DNA of 64,000 bases from an uncultured Proteiniphilum sp. Its GTDB lineage: Bacteria > Bacteroidota > Bacteroidia > Bacteroidales > Dysgonomonadaceae. The translations under genes and the position numbers were made by a program. The stretch covers positions 181 through 64,180 of the forward strand of contig CAZRRC010000007.1 in the NCBI GenBank assembly GCA_964602395.1, given 5' to 3'. Below the pieces are notes generated by a model. It made no database searches. It was given only the letters and a program-made list of their open reading frames with translations, and was not told the DNA's origin. This document shows, piece by piece, positions 47,394 to 56,130 of the stretch. How positions within the stretch are numbered: position 1 is the stretch's first letter; each line of letters begins with the position of its first letter.

Positions 47394-48977
47394 TTATTTA
47401 TTCGTAATTTGCTCTTCGATCCGGTAGTAATCGAAATTGGCATAACCTCCCGTTTCTTTGGTAGCACAGTAGGTCAGTCCAAAGCGATATCCCATGAAAT
47501 GGGGTAGGGTATAGGCCATCTGTAGTGTGTTACCGATGGGCTCCCAGTTCAACCCATCGAGGCTGTAGAAAAAGGTGGCTTTGTCTGTTCGTCCAGTGAA
47601 GTCACATTCTATCTTCAGGTGAACGCCATTCTGGATGAGAGGAAGGGATGCGATCTCCAGAGGCTCTTCGTCTTCGCCATTGATCATCACGATGTTCTGT
47701 TGGTTGTTCTCTTTCTTTACGCCTACGAAGGCATATTTTTTCTGCAGGGCAATCATGCCTGCATAGTCACCATCCTTCATGCCGTTGACCTCCACGAATG
47801 TAGATGCCGCAGAAACAGGACCGAAGGTGCGCTGAGTCAATGTGTTTCTTACCTGCAGGAGGAATTTATCTATTCTTCCGCTTGTCAGCCGGAGATATCC
47901 CGGTGAATCGGATAGCGACCAGTAACGATTGTCAGGGTTGTGATTCCACTGCCAGCATAGGGGCAGCGGATCATCGTCGGGCATACGGTTGAACTCGTCA
48001 GATGCTACGATTCCCCATACTCCTATTTGCTCCGCTGTGGTGATATCCAGTGTGTCGGGAACAGTTCCATTTACACCCAGCACCGGCCAGTCGTTCTCCC
48101 ACTTCATCGGCATCAGATAGGGAATCCGTCCCACAGCTCCGTAATCGCGAAACATATAGGCATACCACTCACCCTGGGGTGTATCAATGATGCTGCCCTG
48201 TGCAATGCCGCGATCTCTTAGCACCACTTTACCCTCATAGGGTCCGGTAATCTCTTTCGCACGATGCACGATCACTGTCCGCATGTCGTTGGGGGGCCAG
48301 GTGATGTTAAAAAGGTAATAATACCCATTGTGTTTTACCATCTGTGATCCCTCTGCAGGAAGGCCGACTCTTTCTGATGCTACGAGGCTGGCTTTGGGTA
48401 TGATCACTTTGTTGATCCCATTTTCTTTTAAACCGGAGACCTCAGTTGTAAGCTCTGCAATACGAATATCACCTGCACCGTAGATCATATAAACCTTGCC
48501 ATCTTCATCGAAGAAAAGTGTATGGTCATGCAATACAGGTTCAAAGCTCTTCTCCTTCCACTCCCCTTTTTCGATATGGTCTGTGGTATATACATGTGTT
48601 TTACCCGAGGTGGCAGAAAAGGTAGAGACGTAGAATAATCCGTTGTGAAAGCGAATGCTACTGGCCCATGAGCCAGCGCCATAGGCATTATTGCCATTCT
48701 CAAGCCGCAATTTTTCGTTGTCGGCAAGTGTGTCATAGGCATAGCTGACCAGTTTCCAGTTTACCAGGTCTTTTGATTTCATGATAGGGAGTCCGGGACT
48801 CATGTGCATGGTGGTACTGCTCATGTAATAGGTGTCTCCCACGCGCACCATGGCTACGTCGGGTACGTCAGCCCAGATAATCGGATTGGTAGCTTTCGTT
48901 CCATCACCCTCTATTGTTCCGCTGAATAGTGCGAAAACGGTGAAGAACAATAGCAATAATTGAAAAAGTTGTTTCAT
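47394..48977 (-). CDS. GH43 (subfamily 10-like) arabinoxylan arabinofuranohydrolase (AXH-d3 type) with C-terminal beta-sandwich
   Basis: NPIIWADVPD, SSTTMHMSPG, GSWASS, HDHTLFF, AEGSQ, AQGSII, WQWNHNP; signal peptide. Confidence 0.85.
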   Translation of the reverse strand: MKQLFQLLLLFFTVFALFSGTIEGDGTKATNPIIWADVPDVAMVRVGDTYYMSSTTMHMSPGLPIMKSKDLVNWKLVSYAYDTLADNEKLRLENGNNAYGAGSWASSIRFHNGLFYVSTFSATSGKTHVYTTDHIEKGEWKEKSFEPVLHDHTLFFDEDGKVYMIYGAGDIRIAELTTEVSGLKENGINKVIIPKASLVASERVGLPAEGSQMVKHNGYYYLFNITWPPNDMRTVIVHRAKEITGPYEGKVVLRDRGIAQGSIIDTPQGEWYAYMFRDYGAVGRIPYLMPMKWENDWPVLGVNGTVPDTLDITTAEQIGVWGIVASDEFNRMPDDDPLPLCWQWNHNPDNRYWSLSDSPGYLRLTSGRIDKFLLQVRNTLTQRTFGPVSAASTFVEVNGMKDGDYAGMIALQKKYAFVGVKKENNQQNIVMINGEDEEPLEIASLPLIQNGVHLKIECDFTGRTDKATFFYSLDGLNWEPIGNTLQMAYTLPHFMGYRFGLTYCATKETGGYANFDYYRIEEQITNK

Positions 48978-50941
48978 ATGCTTATATTGTTAGATTGGAT
49001 TGTCATAAGATATACATTTTTGATGACAATCGGTTTATTTCCTGATGACCAGAAACCGATGATGTAGATGTGGGAGGGGTTTAGTTTGACCTGTTGATTT
49101 CCCACCTGTTTGTACATGTTGTGCAGGTCGACCGTCACACGGCGTCCGTTGCCAAAATCGTATAGCGCTGGTTGTGACCAGTAATTATTTTCATCGAAGA
49201 TGCGGAAGGAGACACCCGAATCGTTGTCGTTATCTAGCTCCGCTACCAGGTATTGGTAGCCGGAGAGATCCACTCCCTTGTTGTACCACCATCCACCGAA
49301 GCCCCATTGACCGGTAATCAATGTTTTTGTCTCGTTGTCGAACGATCCCTCTCCAAAAATGGAGGGGTTGAACATGGTCGATGTAAGAGGAAAGGTGCTG
49401 GCCCGTATGGTGACCACCGCTTCCCGTGTTACACCGTCAGTTGAGGTGTAGGAGGCAGTAACAGTTGCTGTTCCGTCTTTCAGTGCATGCACAATACCCT
49501 TGTCGGTAATCAGCAGGATCGACTCATTGGAAACATGGAAGCGGGTATCGGCCGTTACATAGCGGGTAGAACCGTCGGAAAATGTGGCCAACGTAATCAA
49601 ATAACGTTCTCCCCCAGTCAGAATTTCCAGTGAATGGTCTACGCCCATGATCTCCAGTTTTTCCAGTGCTGCAGATGTTCCTGTACTTCCTGACATATAT
49701 TCTTTAAACCAGTGATAGATGGGCCATGGACATGCCTCCGGGTCGTTGAGAAAAGTATATTGTCCCGGTTTGCCTGGAGTGTTGCTGAAAGCGGCCAGCC
49801 TATGGCATTCGGTGAAAAGGAGCCAACTTACATTTCCCGTCATGTCGACAATGTATTTGAAATTGGCACCGAATCCGGGACCACCTACTGTGCCGGTAAA
49901 GCTTTTACCCCAGGAGGCTTCGTGTTTTTTTGGAGCCCAGTCCATTTCGGTTACCATCACCGGTGCAAAATCGGCTACCGGCTTTATTTGTGCATTCCAG
50001 CCCTGCTGGAAACTCTCATACCCACCACCCATCGTACCGCCCAGCTCCGGACTTGCTTCTTCGGTATCACTTCCGTACCAGCCAGGATATGCGTGCACGG
50101 CATAACCAATGTTGGTTCCTTCCACCGGATTGTTGGCAAAGCCGCTGAAGGAGGACTGATAGGCCAGTCCCGGTACCCAGATGATGTTGTTGGCATGGGC
50201 TCTTATTTTATCTACGATGCGCTGACAGAATGATTTCATCTGGTCGAAGTGTCCCTGCCCGTTGCTGGCATAAGATCCTTCGGGACCCAGTATGTTGATC
50301 GGCTCGTTGGCCAATTCGAACATGATGCCGGGATTGTTTTTGATTTTTGGATGTGCCGAGACCGTGCTCCATACCTCTTCCAGGAACAGGTTGTAGTCAT
50401 CTCCCACAGCAATTTTTTCGGGGGCTACACCGGGTGGACGAAACACCACATACAACCCTTTATCATTGGCATATTCTGCCATTGGGATGAACACCTCATC
50501 CAGATATTTTTTAAAGCGTGAGATTGAAAAACGTTCATGTCCTTCATACCGGACAGATGGTTTGGAAGGGTCGTCACTCCAGTAGGGATCCATGTGCATC
50601 CGGACAAAGTTCATTTTCCATCCGGCAGAAAGAATGCCATCAATCATCATCTTGTTGTAACGGAGACATCCTGCCACATCGTGGTTTCCCCATGCATTCT
50701 GATTGAAAAAAGGACTGTAGGTTTGTGCGAATCCATGCAAGTTGATTACCTGTCCCTCGTTGTTCTTTAGGTATCTTCCAGCAATATAAAGCTGAGGCAA
50801 TCCGGTCTCCGGTTTTGGAACCACAGGGGGAATAACCGGCTTCTCTTCCTTTTTGTTCTCTTCTTCTATGGGCAACGGGGTGTCGGCACAGGAGGAGAGG
50901 AGCAGACCGGATAGCATGAAAAGCATAAACAGGTAATGCAT
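48974..50941 (-). CDS. GH5 subfamily 21 endo-xylanase, lipoprotein with Ig-like and CBM-like C-terminal domains
   Basis: NLHGFAQTYSP, VRMHMDPYW, FELANEP (acid/base), HAYPGW, VTEMDW (nucleophile); lipobox LSSC followed by acidic residues. Confidence 0.87.
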   Translation of the reverse strand: MHYLFMLFMLSGLLLSSCADTPLPIEEENKKEEKPVIPPVVPKPETGLPQLYIAGRYLKNNEGQVINLHGFAQTYSPFFNQNAWGNHDVAGCLRYNKMMIDGILSAGWKMNFVRMHMDPYWSDDPSKPSVRYEGHERFSISRFKKYLDEVFIPMAEYANDKGLYVVFRPPGVAPEKIAVGDDYNLFLEEVWSTVSAHPKIKNNPGIMFELANEPINILGPEGSYASNGQGHFDQMKSFCQRIVDKIRAHANNIIWVPGLAYQSSFSGFANNPVEGTNIGYAVHAYPGWYGSDTEEASPELGGTMGGGYESFQQGWNAQIKPVADFAPVMVTEMDWAPKKHEASWGKSFTGTVGGPGFGANFKYIVDMTGNVSWLLFTECHRLAAFSNTPGKPGQYTFLNDPEACPWPIYHWFKEYMSGSTGTSAALEKLEIMGVDHSLEILTGGERYLITLATFSDGSTRYVTADTRFHVSNESILLITDKGIVHALKDGTATVTASYTSTDGVTREAVVTIRASTFPLTSTMFNPSIFGEGSFDNETKTLITGQWGFGGWWYNKGVDLSGYQYLVAELDNDNDSGVSFRIFDENNYWSQPALYDFGNGRRVTVDLHNMYKQVGNQQVKLNPSHIYIIGFWSSGNKPIVIKNVYLMTIQSNNISI

Positions 50942-50955
50942 AGGTGAATGGATTT

Positions 50956-50994
50956 AAAAAAAGAGGACAAGGCATTTGAACTCCTTGCCCTCTT
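50956..50994 (-). terminator. Rho-independent terminator after xyn10C
   Basis: Minus strand AAGAGGGCAAGG-(10 nt loop)-CCTTGTCCTCTT followed by TTTTT; 12-bp stem with one G-U pair. Confidence 0.8.
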
Positions 50995-51013
50995 ACTGAA
51001 TGAAAAGAAATCG

Positions 51014-53230
51014 TTATTTGCCAGCTAGCCCGTCGGCAAATCCCGCGTATGTATGCTTGCGGCTTAGACCGCCTTCGGTCCAGAGACCAACAGGCTGACC
51101 ACCTCGCCATGAGGAATCTTTGGGACTGTCTGTGGGACACCACTGAGCAATACCGTAGCGTTGGTTGACCGGGATTATCTCAAAATATTTTTTGATGATG
51201 AATTTGTAGTACTCAGCCATGGCCTTATGTTGTGCATCGGTCATCTCTTCTGTCAGCACTGTATTTCCATCTGCATCGACAAATCCCATATCCAGTTCGG
51301 TGATTCTGACCAGTTTGCCTGTCTGAGCCATCAGTTCATACATTTTTACGATGTGCTCTTCCTTGCTAGCCTGCACGTCAGGGTTCATATGGTAGGAAAC
51401 GTGCATTTGTGTTCCAATACCATCGATGACCGTTTCACCATCGGCTTCCCACTTTTCAATCCATTGGATCAGGCTCTTCAACTTCTGGTTGTCATCCCAG
51501 TCAGACTCCAGGTTATAGTCGTTGATGAACAGCTTCATATTTGCCGGTCCGTGTGTGCGTGCCAGCTTCACTGCTGTGCGTACATAGTTGTCACCCAGAT
51601 AATCCTGCCAGTAAAAATTGTTCTTGGCGTCGTTTTCCGACACGTTCTTTACTGACTGGAGGTCGTAGAGGCCGTCGCCGTTACCATCGGCACCGGAGAG
51701 AGGTTCGTTTACCACATCCCAAGCAAGCACATAGCCTTCTGTGGCGGTCATCATGCCTTCAATCCATCTGTCCATGGCCCAGGTGAGGGTATCGGCTTTC
51801 TCTTCCGGCGTGAGCGGAATTTTGTTGCCTGATTCTTCGATTTCCCACACAATGTCATCGAAATAATAGGTGTTGGCTTCCTTGAATTCAGAGAGGTTGA
51901 AAGCGATGGTACTCATCCCTTCCTGTGTCCCCTGAATAGATCCGGCGTTTTTGTATTCTACCCATTCTGTTGTAAAGTTGGGGCTTCCCACCATGGCCCA
52001 ATGCAGGTATTCACCCGGTTGTTTATGAGCCTGTGATGTCGCCGAGGCGGGCTTTTCTGCACGGATCTTCATGCTGAAGCGATAATTGTCTCCGGCTTTG
52101 AGTATCCGGGGTATTCTCACGAAAAACTGTGTGTCCCAGCTATTTGCGGGGTCGTCGCCTGACTTCACTACTATGGCTTTTCCCACTCCGTCTGCCCCTG
52201 TTCCTGCTGCTCCAATTGTGGCCGGTTTGGGGCCATTAGTCTTCTCTGTTGCAATTAAGCTCGAGAGATCACTTCCTTCTACGTCGCTGTTGCTTACGAA
52301 ATTTGTCCACCAGGTAGCAGGACCACCTGCGACCGATATCACTTTAAATGAATATGCATGCCAGCCCGGTTTGTTCCAGCCTGTTAAAATTTCCTCGTCA
52401 AATGATCCGTTTTCAATCAGATTTTCTTCTGATCCGGCTGCCGTCAGTACCATATCATCGAAGAAGAGCTCTCCTTCAAAGGTGCCGAAGCAGAACTGAA
52501 GGGTTGTTGCGTTCATTGAAGGAGTAAAGGTGACAGAAGTCTCGCCCCAGTTTTCACCGAAAGCAATATCGGGTCCATAATTGGTTGTAGCACCATTGGT
52601 TCTCCAGAAAGCTACTGTAAAGGGCTTGGATGCCTTTGCTCGCATTTTGATGGTATACTCCACTCCCTGGGTTAAGGGAGTAGGCAACACATAATTCAAC
52701 TGCCAGTCCCAGATGTTGGCATTGGCATTGGGTGTGGTGACTTGTAAGGCATTATTTGCATCGTCGGGATCAATCTCAATTTCCTTGTCAGCAATGATGC
52801 CATTCAGGTATTTGTTGTTCTGTTGAGCATGCCATACAAGAGTATGCCCATAGATAGAGATGTCAGCTGCTTTGGCTGCTCCAACAAACTGTACTACCTG
52901 TGCGAAGTCCATCGAACCATCATCTTTCACCACAGAACCGTATTTCATGGCGTTTCCAGCGGTGATCTCATCAAAATTGGAGTTGATGAGGCGGTACATC
53001 ATTCCCTGTTTGCTATATTCGCTTGCGGTCACACCGGCACCCAGTTTAAAGCCCGGATTGGCGCTTCTGTCGATATAGGATTTCAGGGCATCGTACTCGT
53101 TGAGATATTCCATGCCTGCAATTGATTCCGGCTTTTCTACATCGAAGAGTAGTTTGGTATCATCCACGCACGAAACGGCTATTGCCAACAACAGGAATAT
53201 CACTCCTAAAACGTTGATTGTATGTTTCAT
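51014..53230 (-). CDS. xyn10C: Surface GH10 endo-xylanase interrupted by two CBM4 modules (Xyn10C type)
   Basis: Lipobox AVSC; TAGNAMK and GHTLVWH, then two CBM4-like modules (about 51830-52780), then WDVVNEP, INDYNLE, GTQMH, RITELD; both catalytic Glu are intact. Confidence 0.93.
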   Translation of the reverse strand: MKHTINVLGVIFLLLAIAVSCVDDTKLLFDVEKPESIAGMEYLNEYDALKSYIDRSANPGFKLGAGVTASEYSKQGMMYRLINSNFDEITAGNAMKYGSVVKDDGSMDFAQVVQFVGAAKAADISIYGHTLVWHAQQNNKYLNGIIADKEIEIDPDDANNALQVTTPNANANIWDWQLNYVLPTPLTQGVEYTIKMRAKASKPFTVAFWRTNGATTNYGPDIAFGENWGETSVTFTPSMNATTLQFCFGTFEGELFFDDMVLTAAGSEENLIENGSFDEEILTGWNKPGWHAYSFKVISVAGGPATWWTNFVSNSDVEGSDLSSLIATEKTNGPKPATIGAAGTGADGVGKAIVVKSGDDPANSWDTQFFVRIPRILKAGDNYRFSMKIRAEKPASATSQAHKQPGEYLHWAMVGSPNFTTEWVEYKNAGSIQGTQEGMSTIAFNLSEFKEANTYYFDDIVWEIEESGNKIPLTPEEKADTLTWAMDRWIEGMMTATEGYVLAWDVVNEPLSGADGNGDGLYDLQSVKNVSENDAKNNFYWQDYLGDNYVRTAVKLARTHGPANMKLFINDYNLESDWDDNQKLKSLIQWIEKWEADGETVIDGIGTQMHVSYHMNPDVQASKEEHIVKMYELMAQTGKLVRITELDMGFVDADGNTVLTEEMTDAQHKAMAEYYKFIIKKYFEIIPVNQRYGIAQWCPTDSPKDSSWRGGQPVGLWTEGGLSRKHTYAGFADGLAGK

Positions 53231-53257
53231 ATTTGTAATCTTTTACTTTTTAGCAGT

Positions 53258-54286
53258 TTAATCGTTTAATACCGGGGTAAACCACTCTGCCTTTACACCT
53301 CTGTCTCTCACGACCAGTGTGTCCTTGGTGGCCACCTGGATGTCACCATAATTGACGGTGTAATCGAGATACAATACATCCCTGTCCTTGTTGCCCCAGC
53401 TTTCTTTATCGCCCTTGGGTACGAACTTTCCGCTACCGGTGGCAGCTATACCATCTGTTTCGGAGGAAACCGTGCAGTCGCCCTGTTCATTAAAGGTAAG
53501 CAGCATCACACTGTTGCGGGTTACATTGTTCATGTCCTTAGTCTGATGAGTCCATGCAATGGTATTGAGAGAGCGGGTGACGATGTCATCAATAACTTCA
53601 TCATTCTCGATATAGGCAGCACGGCGGCTTTTGGTGCCACTCTGGCCTCCTGAAATCACATCTACTCCCCTGCGCAGGTAGTTGGCATCGTACGGGTTGA
53701 TATATTTCACTGCATAGAGTACATAATCCTTGGGCTGTATATCCCAGTCGGCAGATACGCCACGCTTTGGATTGTCGACGAGCGGCGTACCGGAGAGAAT
53801 AGAGTCGGCATTTACCACACCTGTCATGACCACCGGAATCACATAGGTGTTTACCAGTGACTTGGGATCGTTGAAGAAAGCACTGGTCAGCTGAACGGTT
53901 ACCCCACCGAGAATGCTACCCTTCTCAATCGTAATTTTGTCGGACGAGAGAGAATAGTAGTTGGAGGGCATTGGCAGCACTTCTTGGTCGGTTTCGTCGA
54001 AGATCAGTCCATCGCACAATGAGTTGTCGACCCGTATACCGATTTCCACATCCTTGTTGTTGGAATAAACCCCTCCCATGGTTGCCATGATCTGGCACTT
54101 GTACTCGTTGTCGAGGCTTGTGTCGAACACATCCTCGCCAAGTACGATGGTACGGACGGGACTCTGATAGGCAAAATAAACAGCTGAGTATTCGTAATCG
54201 GGAAACTCCCACTCCCCATTTTCACAGGAAGTAAACAACCCGGTGAATATTGCTGCCAATAGTGTGACTGTTAATATCTTTTTCAT
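53258..54286 (-). CDS. Surface glycan-binding lipoprotein (DUF1735/BT_3987-like + DUF5627; XusE position)
   Basis: Lipobox FTSC; YFAYQSPVRTIVLGED, YVIPV, KDYVLYAVKYINP; lies between susD and xyn10C. Confidence 0.8.
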   Translation of the reverse strand: MKKILTVTLLAAIFTGLFTSCENGEWEFPDYEYSAVYFAYQSPVRTIVLGEDVFDTSLDNEYKCQIMATMGGVYSNNKDVEIGIRVDNSLCDGLIFDETDQEVLPMPSNYYSLSSDKITIEKGSILGGVTVQLTSAFFNDPKSLVNTYVIPVVMTGVVNADSILSGTPLVDNPKRGVSADWDIQPKDYVLYAVKYINPYDANYLRRGVDVISGGQSGTKSRRAAYIENDEVIDDIVTRSLNTIAWTHQTKDMNNVTRNSVMLLTFNEQGDCTVSSETDGIAATGSGKFVPKGDKESWGNKDRDVLYLDYTVNYGDIQVATKDTLVVRDRGVKAEWFTPVLND

Positions 54287-54315
54287 ATGAATTTTTTTTA
54301 TAGTTCAATACTGTC

Positions 54316-56103
54316 TTACCATCCTTTATTTTGAAGTAATTCGCTGAATTTTATCACTTCACCGTAGGGAATGGGACCATAATACATATAATCCTGATAG
54401 GCGCGTCTTTCCACCTGAGGTAGCACGGTATATGCACCACCAGTGATACTCATCCCTTTTGCCGGTTCGGTGATATCCTTCTTCCAGCGACGCAAGTCCC
54501 AGAAACGGAATCCTTCAAAACAGAGTTCGATACGGCGTTCATTGTGAATCAGCTCACGCATTTTCTCCTTGTCGCCTTTGACCGATTCCAGATAGGTGTC
54601 GGTGGTGTTCACTCCGATCCCGGCTCTCTGACGGATCGCCTTGATTACCTCGTATGCCGAGTATCCGTTGGATCCTTTTCCTGTGGGACCCCATGCCTCG
54701 TTGGCAGCTTCCGCATAGCCCAAGAATATCTCGGTATAGCGGATAAAGGGCTTATAGTGGTAAGCAGGTGTCTCGGAGTCGGGGTTTGCATTGACCGACT
54801 GGTTCAGTAATTTCTTCATATAATAACCGGTACGGGTAGAGGTCTCGGTCCTGTTCAGTGCATTGTTGTCACTGCCGTCGGCAGCAGTGGTGATGGTGCT
54901 GTTTTGTGGACCGGCCTTGCTTCCGTTATAAAGGATATAAAGAGCAAGCCGTGAATCTCTGTTAGCATAGGGGTTGTTCGGGTCATATCCGCTTTCGGGA
55001 TGAGTGATGGGCAACCCGTTGGCCATGGGGAAAGCATCCACCAGATTTTGGGTGGGGTTCACCCGCCCGCTACCGAAGAGCGTGGGAGGATAGTTGTCCC
55101 GTTCCAGTGTGAGATTGTTCTCCTTGTTACCGCGCCAAAGCATCTCTTTGGGATTTACTCCGGCCGGGAGATTCTGGATGGCACTGCTGTTTTCATACCA
55201 TTTATTGCCATTGGGGTCGACTTCTGCAATTGGGTTACTTCCCAATCCGTTCAGTACCTCTGCCATGGAATTGGCAGCTTCCTCCCATGTCACTCCTGAT
55301 CCACTGTTATAAGCAGGACTAGCTGCCAGCAGAGCGGCCTGGGCACGTACTGCTTTGGCAATTCGGGCGCTCATCCTGTTCTTGGCATTGTCACCAAACA
55401 CACGGGTATACTGACCGGCAGATACACCCTTTGCCCGATACTTAGCCGGCACTTGGCTGTCGTCATCAATGACGCCATAATCTTCCGGCAGGAGCATCAG
55501 TGCAGAGTCCACGTCGGCATTGAGTTGGGCAATGCATTCCTGAAACGTATTGCGTGGCAGATTAAATTCAGAGTTGAGGTCCTCCGGTTCGGTTATGATG
55601 GGAACTCCGAGAAGTTGCCCGTCATCACTCCACCCTGCATGGTTGAGCAGAAGATGGTACATGTAGAGTGCACGCATTCCAAAAGCATCGCCTTTCATGC
55701 GGTCTTTGAACATATCGGCCACGAGTGGATCTTCAGCCCATTTTACTCCGTCGGCTACATCGATGAATTGGTTGAGGTACTGCCATGAGGCACGCAGATA
55801 TTGCCATCTATCCATGGGATTGTTGTTTGCTCTCCATGAACCGGTAGCCATAAGACGATGACCGTTATTGGGATTATTTGATACGGCATCGTCGGTAGCT
55901 ACATCACTGAAAGACCAGGATCCCACCGGATTGCTGATATATGCATGGCCGAGCAGTCCGGTAGCCCATGCCGGCATATTGTACAAGTCACTGTTGTCTT
56001 TGTGATTCTCAATTGCAGGCTCGAACATGTCCTGACAACCTGTTTGAACCAATAGGAGCAGCGCGAACAGTGCAATGATGGATATTTTGTTTCTATTCTT
56101 CAT
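54316..56103 (-). CDS. susD: SusD/RagB-family glycan-binding lipoprotein (second pair)
   Basis: Lipobox QTGC; SDVATDDA, DSRL, TGYYMKK, IRYTEIFLGYAEAANE, ERRIELCFEGFRFWDLRRW. Confidence 0.95.
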   Translation of the reverse strand: MKNRNKISIIALFALLLLVQTGCQDMFEPAIENHKDNSDLYNMPAWATGLLGHAYISNPVGSWSFSDVATDDAVSNNPNNGHRLMATGSWRANNNPMDRWQYLRASWQYLNQFIDVADGVKWAEDPLVADMFKDRMKGDAFGMRALYMYHLLLNHAGWSDDGQLLGVPIITEPEDLNSEFNLPRNTFQECIAQLNADVDSALMLLPEDYGVIDDDSQVPAKYRAKGVSAGQYTRVFGDNAKNRMSARIAKAVRAQAALLAASPAYNSGSGVTWEEAANSMAEVLNGLGSNPIAEVDPNGNKWYENSSAIQNLPAGVNPKEMLWRGNKENNLTLERDNYPPTLFGSGRVNPTQNLVDAFPMANGLPITHPESGYDPNNPYANRDSRLALYILYNGSKAGPQNSTITTAADGSDNNALNRTETSTRTGYYMKKLLNQSVNANPDSETPAYHYKPFIRYTEIFLGYAEAANEAWGPTGKGSNGYSAYEVIKAIRQRAGIGVNTTDTYLESVKGDKEKMRELIHNERRIELCFEGFRFWDLRRWKKDITEPAKGMSITGGAYTVLPQVERRAYQDYMYYGPIPYGEVIKFSELLQNKGW

Positions 56104-56130
56104 GATTGAATATTTTTACGAATAATGTCA

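Noticed and set aside
48974-50941. GH5 as an endo-xyloglucanase or cellulase (GH5_4)
   Set aside because: The HGFAQTYSP and RMHMDPYW motifs and the position after xyn10C fit the xylan-specific GH5_21.
51014-53230. Possibility that the large GH10 is a catalytically dead glycan-binding protein
   Set aside because: Both catalytic glutamates (VVNEP, ITELD) are present.
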